A stretch of DNA of 49,610 bases from Bacillota bacterium (GTDB taxonomy: Bacteria > Bacillota_I > Bacilli_A > ML615J-28 > CAG-698), in assembly GCA_023422115.1 (NCBI GenBank), contig JAEZSA010000064.1, positions 1-49,610 of the forward strand, in the 5' to 3' direction. Positions within the stretch are counted from its first letter, which is position 1. Each line of letters starts with the position of its first letter. The notes under the pieces are model-generated. The model saw nothing but the letters and a program-made list of their open reading frames with translations. It was not told the origin of the DNA and searched no databases. Shown here one piece after another: positions 18,506-26,565 of the stretch. The position numbers were made by a program, and so were the translations under genes.

Positions 18506-19978
18506 TTAGTTATTATATCCCCAATTCACAAAAATCGTTCCCCCACTCGAATTCAAGCGATTAAATCGATCACTCCACCCTATAGGTTTAGAAGTTGTAG
18601 CACAATATATAGTCAGTGCATTACATCCCTCAGCAATCGTATCTGTTATTGTCAGGACGCTATTTGGAATATACAGTGTTTTTAAAGCAGTACAATATTC
18701 AAATGCCCCTAGTTCTATTTTTGTCACTTTTGAAGGGATAGTAATGCTTGTTATTTTTATCGCTTCAGTAAAAGCATACATTCCAATTTCAGTAATTTCC
18801 GTTGGAAGTATAATACTTATTAAGCTAGAACAATAAGCAAAAGTCCATGCTTCAATTGTTTGTAAACTGATTGGAAGCAAGATACTTTCCAAGTTGCTAC
18901 ATCCATTAAATGTTCCTTGGCCTATGGTTGTAACACTATTAGGAAGTGAAATTGATTCAATTTTTATACAATTTTTAAATACTTCTTCTCCAATGGTTGT
19001 AAGGCTAGAAGGAAAACTAATCGTCATTAAGTTATCACACTCGCTAAAGGCATGATTTTCTAATCTAATAACTCCTTGAGGAATCGTTATTGTTGTTAGT
19101 GCATCACAATCAGCGAAAGTTCCTTTTTCAATTGTTGTTATTGTATTTGGTAAAACAACATTTTCTAAACTTTTACATGAATAAAAAGCATAATCATCAA
19201 TGGCTAGAATCCCATTAGGAAGAGTTATCGTTTGTAGGGAATCACAATAGCTAAAAGCAAATTCACCAATGTATTGAATGCTTCCAGGTAAAGCAACACC
19301 AACAAGAGTATCATTTCCACTGAATAGATTGTCCGCAATTCTAACGACTGGACCAGAACCGTTCATACCATCATTATAATTTGCTGGAATAGTGATGTTT
19401 TGATCGTTTCCTACATAATCGACGACAGTATATCCATAATAAGTATATTCAATGATGAAATCTGAATTTGTACTGGTTTGTTCGTACCATTTAGGATAAA
19501 GGGTAAAATCAGAAGTAACTGGTGTATAAAAATAATATTTTGTTGTAAGCGTACTATCCGTATACCATCCATCAAAGATTTTTCCTACCTGTTGCGGATC
19601 CGTTGGTTGCATTAAATAAGTTCCATCAACAACTTCTACTGTAGAGATATCACCGAAGTGAATGGTATGAATAGTTGCCAAATATATCTCCATCTCTGCA
19701 GTTTTTCCTTCATAATTGACAATAATATAATAATATCCTGGTTTTGTTAGGCGTTCTTGATCCTCACTTGTAAGCATATTCTTTTCAAGTGGAACTATTG
19801 TGCTTGAACTATCTACATAGTTGACTTTTACTTTAATCTCTGATAACTGAAATGCATCAACATCATACATGATTTTATCCATGATTACTTCAATGCTACT
19901 TACTTCTTTTTTTGTCTTACACCCAGAAAAAGCAAATACACTAATTAAAACAAAAAATAAAACACAGATTTTTTTCAT
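18506..19978 (-). CDS. surface lipoprotein with BspA-type leucine-rich repeats
   Basis: Signal peptide with lipobox FAFSGC. A GWYTDSTLTTKY motif indicates a Listeria-Bacteroides-type repeat. About ten consecutive 23-residue repeats follow (pattern IxxxAFxxCxxLxxIxLPxSxxx). GAGGAG RBS. Confidence 0.85.
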   Translation of the reverse strand: MKKICVLFFVLISVFAFSGCKTKKEVSSIEVIMDKIMYDVDAFQLSEIKVKVNYVDSSSTIVPLEKNMLTSEDQERLTKPGYYYIIVNYEGKTAEMEIYLATIHTIHFGDISTVEVVDGTYLMQPTDPQQVGKIFDGWYTDSTLTTKYYFYTPVTSDFTLYPKWYEQTSTNSDFIIEYTYYGYTVVDYVGNDQNITIPANYNDGMNGSGPVVRIADNLFSGNDTLVGVALPGSIQYIGEFAFSYCDSLQTITLPNGILAIDDYAFYSCKSLENVVLPNTITTIEKGTFADCDALTTITIPQGVIRLENHAFSECDNLMTISFPSSLTTIGEEVFKNCIKIESISLPNSVTTIGQGTFNGCSNLESILLPISLQTIEAWTFAYCSSLISIILPTEITEIGMYAFTEAIKITSITIPSKVTKIELGAFEYCTALKTLYIPNSVLTITDTIAEGCNALTIYCATTSKPIGWSDRFNRLNSSGGTIFVNWGYNN

Positions 19979-20007
19979 ATCTTCTCCTCTTAGAAATCGA
20001 TTGTTAT

Positions 20008-20040
20008 CACAAACAAAAAAACCACAAAGTGGTTTGCTTT
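20008..20040 (-). promoter_or_regulatory. terminator-like hairpin inside the 5' leader of the LRR gene (possible attenuator)
   Basis: Minus-strand AAACCAC-UUU-GUGGUUU followed by UUUUUGUUUG, located ~40 nt upstream of the start codon and ~90 nt downstream of the predicted promoter. Confidence 0.45.
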
Positions 20041-20128
20041 TAGAGGGTTGTCAGTTTTTACACCTGCTTTTCTCTAAAAACAACCATAAAAATGAAACTA
20101 ACAAATTTAAATATATATCTTCAACTAA

Positions 20129-20157
20129 ATTTTATCATACTCTTATTTTCTATGCAA
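20129..20157 (-). promoter_or_regulatory. sigma-A type promoter for the LRR lipoprotein gene
   Basis: Minus strand TTGCAT (20152-20157), 17-nt spacer, TAAAAT (20129-20134). Confidence 0.55.
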
Positions 20158-20180
20158 TATCTCTGAATATTTTTTTTATT

Positions 20181-20221
20181 CATAAAATAAAAATCCTCAT
20201 ATTGAATAAACATGAGGATTT
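20181..20221 (-). terminator. intrinsic terminator after the tRNA pair
   Basis: 10-bp stem AAATCCTCAT / ATGAGGATTT (20191-20221), followed on the minus strand by TTATTTTATG. Confidence 0.75.
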
Positions 20222-20243
20222 GCTTTTCTGTTATTATTAAAAA

Positions 20244-20319
20244 TGGCAGGGCTATCTGGATTTGAACCAGAGAAATGACGGAGTCAAAGTCCGTTGCCTT
20301 ACCGCTTGGCTATAGCCCT
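20244..20319 (-). tRNA. tRNA-Gln (anticodon UUG), CCA encoded
   Basis: The reverse complement AGGGCTATAGCCAAGCGGTAAGGCAACGGACTTTGACTCCGTCATTTCTCTGGTTCAAATCCAGATAGCCCTGCCA folds as a cloverleaf. Anticodon loop CUUUGAC, T-loop GGTTCAAATCC. Confidence 0.93.
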
Positions 20320-20338
20320 ACAACTTATTAAGAAAAAA

Positions 20339-20423
20339 TGGTGGTGGGGAGTGGATTCGAACCACCGAACTCGGAGAGAGTGGATTTACAGTCCACCGCG
20401 TTTAGCCACTTCGCTACCCCACC
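20339..20423 (-). tRNA. tRNA-Tyr (anticodon GUA), long variable arm, CCA encoded
   Basis: Reverse complement GGTGGGGTAGCGAAGTGGCTAAACGCGGTGGACTGTAAATCCACTCTCTCCGAGTTCGGTGGTTCGAATCCACTCCCCACCACCA. Anticodon loop CUGUAAA, class II variable arm. Confidence 0.93.
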
Positions 20424-20452
20424 AATTATAAGCAGTTTTAAACTGCTTTATT

Positions 20453-20481
20453 ATTTTACTATAAATGAATATGAAATGCAA
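20453..20481 (-). promoter_or_regulatory. sigma-A type promoter for the tRNA-Tyr/tRNA-Gln unit
   Basis: Minus strand TTGCAT (20476-20481), 17-nt spacer, TAAAAT (20453-20458). These are the same hexamers as the LRR promoter. Confidence 0.5.
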
Positions 20482-20517
20482 GACTTTTTTACTTTTTTTG
20501 CCCTTTTTAGTACTTAT

Positions 20518-21447
20518 TTATGAACGTGGTAAAACTTTAATTAAGACCTGTAGATTATCTCTCATGATTGATAGATAGTTTTTCCCCGCTTTCAATTCAT
20601 TTGTTGTTATTGTTCCCAAATGATGCAATTCTTCTTGTTCTGCATTTAGGTTTGATAAATATTGATCAAACAACGCTGATTTGGTTTCATTCTTAGAAGC
20701 TATGATATATTTTATACCTAATTCTTTTGCTTGATTAATTTTTGCAATCAATGTTGCAGGATCAACCTCATTGCTTTCATTATCACTACGTAATTTTATT
20801 CGATTAATTCCATAGCGAAACGTCCAGTACGCATATGCATCATGATCAACCATGATTGTTTTACTAGTAATCGCTTCATCTGCTAGTGCATCAGTATACT
20901 CATTATGAAGTGCTTCTAATTCCACGACCAATGCTTGAGCATTTGTTGTAAACTCTGCCTCATGTTCAGGATAAACAAGAATCAATTCTTGTAAGACGGT
21001 AATAGTAATTTCTTTTAAAGAAAGAGGGTCAAGCCAAACATGAGTATCATAAATTTCTCCTTCATGATCGCTTTCTACTTCTTTTCCATGGGTATGAGTT
21101 CCATCCATTTGTACAAGTTGCAATCCATCTGTTACTTTAACTGTTTTTAAATCCTTAAAAGTTGTTGCTAGCGCATTTTCAATAAATGGTTCTAGTCCTA
21201 AACCAATATAGAATAAAACATCACAATCAGCGATAGCGATAATCTGCTTCGGATATGGTTCATAGTCATGAACTTCTCCGCCACGTGGGTAAACAGACTT
21301 TACAATCTTTTTATCTTTTACAATTTCCTTTGCAACAAATTCAATTGGGTAAACTGTTGTATAAATATCTGCTTTATCACTAGTTCTACAGCCCGCAATG
21401 ATTACAATAAATCCGATTAAAATAAATAATAATAGTGTTTTTTTCAT
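20518..21447 (-). CDS. metal (zinc-type) ABC transporter substrate-binding lipoprotein, ZnuA/AdcA/TroA family
   Basis: Lipobox IIAGC, ligand motifs VHDYEP, DTHVWLDP and VDHDAYAYW, and a His-rich loop DGTHTHGKEVESDHEGE. GGAGAAAG RBS before ATG 21447. Confidence 0.85.
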   Translation of the reverse strand: MKKTLLLFILIGFIVIIAGCRTSDKADIYTTVYPIEFVAKEIVKDKKIVKSVYPRGGEVHDYEPYPKQIIAIADCDVLFYIGLGLEPFIENALATTFKDLKTVKVTDGLQLVQMDGTHTHGKEVESDHEGEIYDTHVWLDPLSLKEITITVLQELILVYPEHEAEFTTNAQALVVELEALHNEYTDALADEAITSKTIMVDHDAYAYWTFRYGINRIKLRSDNESNEVDPATLIAKINQAKELGIKYIIASKNETKSALFDQYLSNLNAEQEELHHLGTITTNELKAGKNYLSIMRDNLQVLIKVLPRS

Positions 21448-21470
21448 ATCTTTCTCCAAAAATAATATTT

Positions 21471-21992
21471 TTAAATGAACTCTTTAAAACTTTCTTCAAA
21501 ATCTAGAAATCTAATTACTTTCATTCCATAATTATTATCAAGCGGATTGACTATGGCAAGTTCGCTTTCATTTAAATATTTTAGAATTGCTTCTGTATCG
21601 GGGTAAATTAAAACTACCTTTATCGTTCTTCTCGTATCCTGATAATCCTTTGTTAGAAAGGGAACTAATTCATTCATATAGCGCATATTAGGGTAACTTC
21701 TTCCCATCCGCTTTCCTCCCCATCGTAAACACCAGGTGTTACGAGCATTTATCGTAACTGATGAATTACTAGGAATAATTATTTTTCTTATATAGATGGC
21801 TATTTGTTGATTTTCTATGAGATAATCATATTCTTCTTTACTCGCTTTAGAAAAATTCATATGATATTCATGTGATATTTCTTGTAAGTGTTTTATGATA
21901 ATGTCATTGTTTTTTCTATTATCAATCATTGTAAAGATAACAAGAGTAGCAACTCCTAATAATATGATACTTGCAGTAATAACCCATTCCAT
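21471..21992 (-). CDS. hypothetical N-terminally membrane-anchored protein
   Basis: One N-terminal TM helix followed by a ~145-aa soluble domain. There is a faint resemblance to NERD/nuclease-related domains (IAIYIRKIIIPSNSSVTINARNTWCLRW) without a clear D..ExK motif. Only 23 nt upstream of the ZnuA-like gene. Confidence 0.45.
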   Translation of the reverse strand: MEWVITASIILLGVATLVIFTMIDNRKNNDIIIKHLQEISHEYHMNFSKASKEEYDYLIENQQIAIYIRKIIIPSNSSVTINARNTWCLRWGGKRMGRSYPNMRYMNELVPFLTKDYQDTRRTIKVVLIYPDTEAILKYLNESELAIVNPLDNNYGMKVIRFLDFEESFKEFI

Positions 21993-22100
21993 TTTTTCAC
22001 CCATTCATATTCTGTTAGATTATATCACAATTTAATTAGAAGATAAACTTTTTATTTATATTTTTTCAAGTTTATAGTATAATTATTTTGGAGGATGCCT

Positions 22101-22808
22101 ATGTTCACATTTGAAAATATCTTATTTTTTATCTTTATTATCCTTTTTATTTCTAACATTATATTAATTAGTATCTTTTTAAATGCTTTTATCAAATACA
22201 TGAAAACAAGCAAAGAAGGTAAGAAGGAATATTACGAATTATTAAATCGAGAAATCGAAAAAGAGAGCATTGTTTTCTTAGGCGATTCTCTTACGGAATT
22301 CTATCGTACCGATGAGTTTTTGCGCGATTTCAATATCTACAACCGAGGAATTGCCGGCGATACTACAGATGGTGTATTAGAACGCCTTGAATCGAATGTC
22401 ATCATGATGAAACCGAAAAAAGTTTTCTTACAGATTGGAACCAATGATCTAAACGAGAAAAAAACTCCTGTCTATATTATAAACAATATTAGGAAGATTA
22501 TTTCCATTCTAAAAGAAAAATTACCAGAGACAAAATTATATCTAATTTCTTTATATCCAATTAATTCAAAAGTATTAGCAGTTAGTAAAATTATTGTCGG
22601 CCGCCGTAAACAAACAGAGATTGAAATAATTAATGATGCGCTTGCTGCTTATGCAAAAGAAGTGAATATCACTTATATTGATATTTTCCCTCATCTTCTT
22701 GATGAAAATAATCGCTTAAAAAAAGAATTCACCGTGGAAGGCTTACATATATCCTTAGATGGATATTGTTTTATTACGAGTTTACTATATGAATATGTTG
22801 AAGAATAA
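22101..22808 (+). CDS. SGNH/GDSL-family hydrolase with N-terminal membrane anchor
   Basis: Blocks FLGDSLTE, NRGIAGDTT, QIGTNDL and EGLHIS (DxxH-type block V). ATG 22101 lies 6 nt after GGAGG; the ORF-track ATG 22095 abuts the RBS. Confidence 0.8.
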   Translation: MFTFENILFFIFIILFISNIILISIFLNAFIKYMKTSKEGKKEYYELLNREIEKESIVFLGDSLTEFYRTDEFLRDFNIYNRGIAGDTTDGVLERLESNVIMMKPKKVFLQIGTNDLNEKKTPVYIINNIRKIISILKEKLPETKLYLISLYPINSKVLAVSKIIVGRRKQTEIEIINDALAAYAKEVNITYIDIFPHLLDENNRLKKEFTVEGLHISLDGYCFITSLLYEYVEE

Positions 22809-22822
22809 TTTACAAGTATTAT

Positions 22823-22850
22823 TTGTAAATTATTTTTTTTATGCTATAAT
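22823..22850 (+). promoter_or_regulatory. putative promoter of lysS
   Basis: TTGTAA (22823-22828), 16-nt spacer ending in TGC, TATAAT (22845-22850). The leader is only ~20 nt. Confidence 0.5.
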
Positions 22851-22876
22851 ATATAAAGAAATATGAGGTGAAAATT

Positions 22877-24364
22877 ATGGCAGATGAATTAAACTTAAAT
22901 GATCAGGAATTAGTCCGCCGTCAAAAAATGGAAATACTAAGAGAAATGGGAGTTGACCCTTTTGGCAGCGCTTTTAAACGAACAGCCAATTCCTTAGAAT
23001 TAAAAACTAAATATGAACAAGCTACAAAAGAAGAATTAATAGAATTAAATACTTTCGCTACTGTTGCTGGAAGAATTATGACTAAGCGTTTTAAAGGTAA
23101 AGTCGGCTTTATGCATATTCAGGATAAGTTTGGTCAATTACAAATTTATGTTCGCAGCGACCATTTAACTGAAATAGAATATGAGGTTTTTAAAAAAGGT
23201 GATATTGGTGATTTCGTCGGTATCGAAGGTCAAGTAATTAGAACTGATACCGGAGAAATTACGATCAAAGCAAATAAATATACCCACCTTTCAAAAGCTT
23301 TACGACCTTTACCAGAAAAGTTCCACGGCCTACAAGATCGTGAAGAAGCACGACGTCATCGTTATGTTGATTTAATCGTAAATGAAGAATCAAAGAAAAT
23401 TGCTTTTTTACGTCCAAGAATCATTCGTGCGTTCCAAAATTTCTTTGATAATAAAGGATTTGTTGAAGTAGAAACTCCTATTCTACAACCCATCCTTGGT
23501 GGTGCAAATGCTCGTCCATTTGTAACTCATCACAATACACTAGATATGGATTTCTATTTACGTATTGCTACCGAATTACCACTAAAAAGATTAATTGTTG
23601 GTGGCATGGAAGCTGTTTATGAAATTGGTCGTCTTTTCCGTAATGAAGGAATGGATTCTACTCATAACCCAGAATTCACAACCATCGAAGCTTATTTAGC
23701 TTATTCTGATATGGAAGGAATGATGGATTTAATTGAAGATTGTTTCCAAACAATCAGTAAATCTATTTTAGGAAATACTGATATTGAATACCAAGGAAAT
23801 TTGATTCATCTTGGAAAATCTTTTAAGAGAATTCATATAGTGGATGCAATAAAAGAAATAACAAATCTAGATTTCTTTCAAATAACCGATTTACATGAAG
23901 CTTTAGCTCTTGCAAAGAAACATGAAATTGTTGTTGGAAAACATCAGCAATCAATAGGACACATTATCAATCTTTTCTTTGAGAAATATGTTGAAGAAAC
24001 ACTAATTCAACCAACATTTGTTTTTGGCCATCCACTAGAAATTAGTCCACTAGCCAAAAAGAGCAAAGATTCTCGTTTTACTGAAAGATTTGAATTATTT
24101 ATCAACAAAAAAGAATATGCCAATGCTTTCAGTGAATTGAATGATCCAATTGATCAACGCGAACGCTTTACTAACCAACTAAAAGAAAAAGCTTTGGGAA
24201 ATGATGAAGCAACAGAAATGGACAATGATTATGTAGAAGCATTAGAATATGGCATGCCGCCTACAGGTGGTCTTGGTATTGGTATTGACAGAACTGTCAT
24301 GTTGCTTGGACAAATCGATTCTATTCGAGATGTAATTTTATTCCCACACATGAGAAGTAAATAA
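22877..24364 (+). CDS. lysS: lysine--tRNA ligase, class II
   Basis: N-terminal OB-fold domain, class II motifs ([24 protein letters not shown]), RYVDLI signature. GAGGTGA RBS before ATG 22877. Confidence 0.95.
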   Translation: MADELNLNDQELVRRQKMEILREMGVDPFGSAFKRTANSLELKTKYEQATKEELIELNTFATVAGRIMTKRFKGKVGFMHIQDKFGQLQIYVRSDHLTEIEYEVFKKGDIGDFVGIEGQVIRTDTGEITIKANKYTHLSKALRPLPEKFHGLQDREEARRHRYVDLIVNEESKKIAFLRPRIIRAFQNFFDNKGFVEVETPILQPILGGANARPFVTHHNTLDMDFYLRIATELPLKRLIVGGMEAVYEIGRLFRNEGMDSTHNPEFTTIEAYLAYSDMEGMMDLIEDCFQTISKSILGNTDIEYQGNLIHLGKSFKRIHIVDAIKEITNLDFFQITDLHEALALAKKHEIVVGKHQQSIGHIINLFFEKYVEETLIQPTFVFGHPLEISPLAKKSKDSRFTERFELFINKKEYANAFSELNDPIDQRERFTNQLKEKALGNDEATEMDNDYVEALEYGMPPTGGLGIGIDRTVMLLGQIDSIRDVILFPHMRSK

Positions 24365-24390
24365 AAAAAGTTGATAGAATCAACATCCTT

Positions 24391-24449
24391 AAGCCTCTTA
24401 CGAAGCAAAAGCCTCTTACGAGGCAAAAGCCTCTTACGAGGCTTTTTTT
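24391..24449. terminator. bidirectional terminator built from three tandem 18-nt hairpin units
   Basis: AAGCCTCTTACGAAGCAA / AAGCCTCTTACGAGGCAA / AAGCCTCTTACGAGGC followed by TTTTTTTA. Units 2 and 3 form GCCTC-TTAC-GAGGC; unit 1 carries a G-to-A change in the stem. It lies between convergent lysS and ORF 24448-24984. Confidence 0.7.
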
Positions 24450-24984
24450 ATATTTCTAATTCTTCAACTATCATCGCAAATATTTCTTGCGTTGTATAAA
24501 TTGGATTAGAAGAGGTTATAAGTTCTCCGACCGCTAAATCAAACCGATCAATATCCTCATCTGTAAATTTTTCTTGTTTTATTAAAATATTTTCAATTTC
24601 TTGACCTAATTCTTCAATCGCTTCTTTTGTTTCTTTATCTAATAATTCTTTTTCATCCAGCGCTTCAGATAGGTCATCGAGATATAAACTATAATTAATT
24701 AATGGTGCATAATGCTCAAACTTTGTAAAGTTCCCTTTAAAATAATCCTTATAGTAAATTTTAATTTGCTCTATTTGTTCATGAAAATAACTAAATCCTG
24801 TTTCAAAGATAATCTCTAATTCTTCATCAATTTTTGTATACATATCTACCATCATCTCAATAAACCCTAAAACCTTAAACACATCGCTAAGCCGATCATA
24901 AACCAAGGATTTATTTTCAATCAACAAATCAAAAAAATCATTGTTATCTTGATAATAGCTTTTATAATCATCAACATTAATCAT
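24448..24984 (-). CDS. hypothetical acidic, probably all-helical cytoplasmic protein
   Basis: 178-aa ORF rich in D/E with no TM segment. Its start overlaps the upstream YcxB-like stop by 8 nt (ATGATTAA). No family recognised. Confidence 0.5.
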   Translation of the reverse strand: MINVDDYKSYYQDNNDFFDLLIENKSLVYDRLSDVFKVLGFIEMMVDMYTKIDEELEIIFETGFSYFHEQIEQIKIYYKDYFKGNFTKFEHYAPLINYSLYLDDLSEALDEKELLDKETKEAIEELGQEIENILIKQEKFTDEDIDRFDLAVGELITSSNPIYTTQEIFAMIVEELEI

Positions 24985-25534
24985 TATTTTTTTCCTTAAA
25001 GCATTTTTTATAAGGTACTTTTCCCTTTTTATTCGGTTTCAAATTTTTAGTAATCATATTTCTTAATGATTCAACATCACCAGTTACAATGTCTTTTTTT
25101 ACAACCACCAATCCTTGTTCTGCACTCAAATAGAAATAGAATGAATCTTTTGTCTCATAAACGCCATTTACATTGTACCAACCAATTGCAACACCGCCTG
25201 CTTTTTCAACTTTACGAAGAATTCTATCTTTTGTAATTTCTAGTATTTCTAAAGTGTCTTTTCGCTCATTGGCTTCTTGACGAACAATGGAACTTGTTCT
25301 TGTTATCATAATAATCGGTGTCAACAAAATGGAAAATGCAGCTAACGACCAAACAATCATTAAATTTGTTGAATCCATTTCTGCGGATAATGAATATCGA
25401 ATTGCTAAATATAAAGTAAATACTCCTATTAACATAATAAAATATATCTTTGTTGACTTTCTAAACATATGAAATTTGTAAAATGCAAGATGCATTTTTT
25501 TTGAATATTGACTTCTTACAACTATTTTATTCAT
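24977..25534 (-). CDS. YcxB-like membrane protein (third paralog in window)
   Basis: 185 aa with FYKFHMFRKS, two TM helices, then WYNVNGVYETKDSFYFYLSAEQGLVVVKK, the same pattern as 7535-8056 and 8056-8748. Confidence 0.6.
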   Translation of the reverse strand: MNKIVVRSQYSKKMHLAFYKFHMFRKSTKIYFIMLIGVFTLYLAIRYSLSAEMDSTNLMIVWSLAAFSILLTPIIMITRTSSIVRQEANERKDTLEILEITKDRILRKVEKAGGVAIGWYNVNGVYETKDSFYFYLSAEQGLVVVKKDIVTGDVESLRNMITKNLKPNKKGKVPYKKCFKEKNND

Positions 25535-25619
25535 TAATTTTCCCTCACAAAAATTTCTTTTTTCTTTGTTTATTATATCATAGATTGTATAAAAATGGAA
25601 AACAATATTTACAAATAAG

Positions 25620-25648
25620 TTGCTTTAAATGACATTCTATACTAAAAT
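25620..25648 (+). promoter_or_regulatory. putative promoter of hslO
   Basis: TTGCTT (25620-25625), 17-nt spacer, TAAAAT (25643-25648). Confidence 0.45.
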
Positions 25649-25674
25649 ATATGTAATTAAATGGAGGAAAAACA

Positions 25675-26565
25675 ATGGGTACTCTCATAAAAGCTCTAGT
25701 ACTAAAAGAAAGAGCAAGAGTCTATCTTGCTAATACGGTAGATATCACAAATGAAGCAATTAAGCGCCACGATTTATGGCCTAGTGCTGCCTCTGTTCTA
25801 GGAAAAACAATGACCATTGGAGTAATGATGGGTGCGATGTTGAAAGGGGACGAAGGACTAACAATTAAAATTGATGGGAATGGTCCAATTGGGAATGTCG
25901 TAGTTGATGCAGATGCCAAGGGTAATGTTCGTGGTTATGTTGGTAGAGAACATGTTCATTTTGATAAAAAGCAAATGATTGATGATGTTGCAACCTTGGG
26001 TTACAATGGTTATATTGATGTTATCAAAGATTTAAAACTAAAAGATCTATTCACATCTTCAATCCCTCTTCAAACAGGAGACTTAGCAAAAGATTTTACT
26101 TATTATTTTACAAAAAGCGAACAAACTCCCTCTTTAATAAGTTTAGGTTCTTATTTTGAAACCAATGGATTTGCTGAAGTTTTGGGCGGTATTTTAATCC
26201 AATTGTTACCAAATGCTACTGAAGAAGATATTGTTTATCTAGAAAGCAAGATCATATTATTAAGTTCTTTCTCAAAATTATTAAAGGAATATCCCAATCA
26301 AGAAGACATTTTAAAACTTATTTTTAAAGAAGATTATCAAATTATCGAAACAAGAGCAGTCCAATTTAAATGTGATTGTTCAAAAGAAAAATTCGCTGGT
26401 GGAATTGCTTCTTTAGGAAAAAATGAAATTAATGAAATGATTGAAACTGATCATAAAGCAGAAGTAATTTGCCATTACTGCAAAGAAGTTTATCACTACA
26501 ATGAAGAAGAATTAAAGAAAATATCCCAATATGCGAAAGGAAGAACAAAAAATGAAACCCATTAA
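25675..26565 (+). CDS. hslO: redox-regulated chaperone Hsp33
   Basis: Hsp33 N-terminal domain and the C-terminal zinc switch CDCS...CHYC. GGAGG RBS. Confidence 0.92.
   Translation: MGTLIKALVLKERARVYLANTVDITNEAIKRHDLWPSAASVLGKTMTIGVMMGAMLKGDEGLTIKIDGNGPIGNVVVDADAKGNVRGYVGREHVHFDKKQMIDDVATLGYNGYIDVIKDLKLKDLFTSSIPLQTGDLAKDFTYYFTKSEQTPSLISLGSYFETNGFAEVLGGILIQLLPNATEEDIVYLESKIILLSSFSKLLKEYPNQEDILKLIFKEDYQIIETRAVQFKCDCSKEKFAGGIASLGKNEINEMIETDHKAEVICHYCKEVYHYNEEELKKISQYAKGRTKNETH

Noticed and set aside
20041-20100. preQ1-I-like motif (UAGAG...CCCUCUAAAA) in the LRR leader
   Set aside because: The loop between the putative P1 arms is about 26 nt, versus about 11 nt in preQ1-I as I recall it, and the A-rich tail and RBS arrangement does not match. 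Kept only as an unclassified structured leader.
19979-20517. Genomic island or prophage integration at the tRNA-Tyr/tRNA-Gln pair
   Set aside because: There is no integrase, recombinase or phage gene on either side. I saw no direct repeat of a tRNA 3' end, and the flanking genes share the same AT-rich composition. An exhaustive repeat search could not be done by eye.
20338-20523. 61-aa plus-strand ORF
   Set aside because: It is the antisense reading of tRNA-Tyr and the tRNA promoter region. The tRNA cloverleaf explains the sequence.
21993-22100. Zur box or other metal-regulator palindrome upstream of the ZnuA-like operon
   Set aside because: I could not find a TAAATCGTAAT-N-ATTACGATTTA-like inverted repeat by eye, so there is no support for calling a regulatory site.
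22809-22876. T-box or other riboswitch leader upstream of lysS (and likewise upstream of glyA at 12173-12241)
   Set aside because: The intergenic leaders are only about 20-70 nt and are occupied by promoter and RBS or the upstream terminator. That is far too short for a T-box (~200 nt) or known riboswitch aptamers.
24229-24426. 65-aa minus-strand ORF (MPRKRLLLRKRL...)
   Set aside because: It overlaps the lysS 3' end in antisense. Its N-terminus is a translation of the tandem terminator hairpin repeat, so it is not a gene.
24391-24449. Possible mini-CRISPR array or other spaced-repeat locus
   Set aside because: There are only about three 18-nt units directly abutting with no spacers. Each is a short hairpin ending in a T-run between convergent genes, and there are no cas genes. 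Interpreted as a duplicated terminator.
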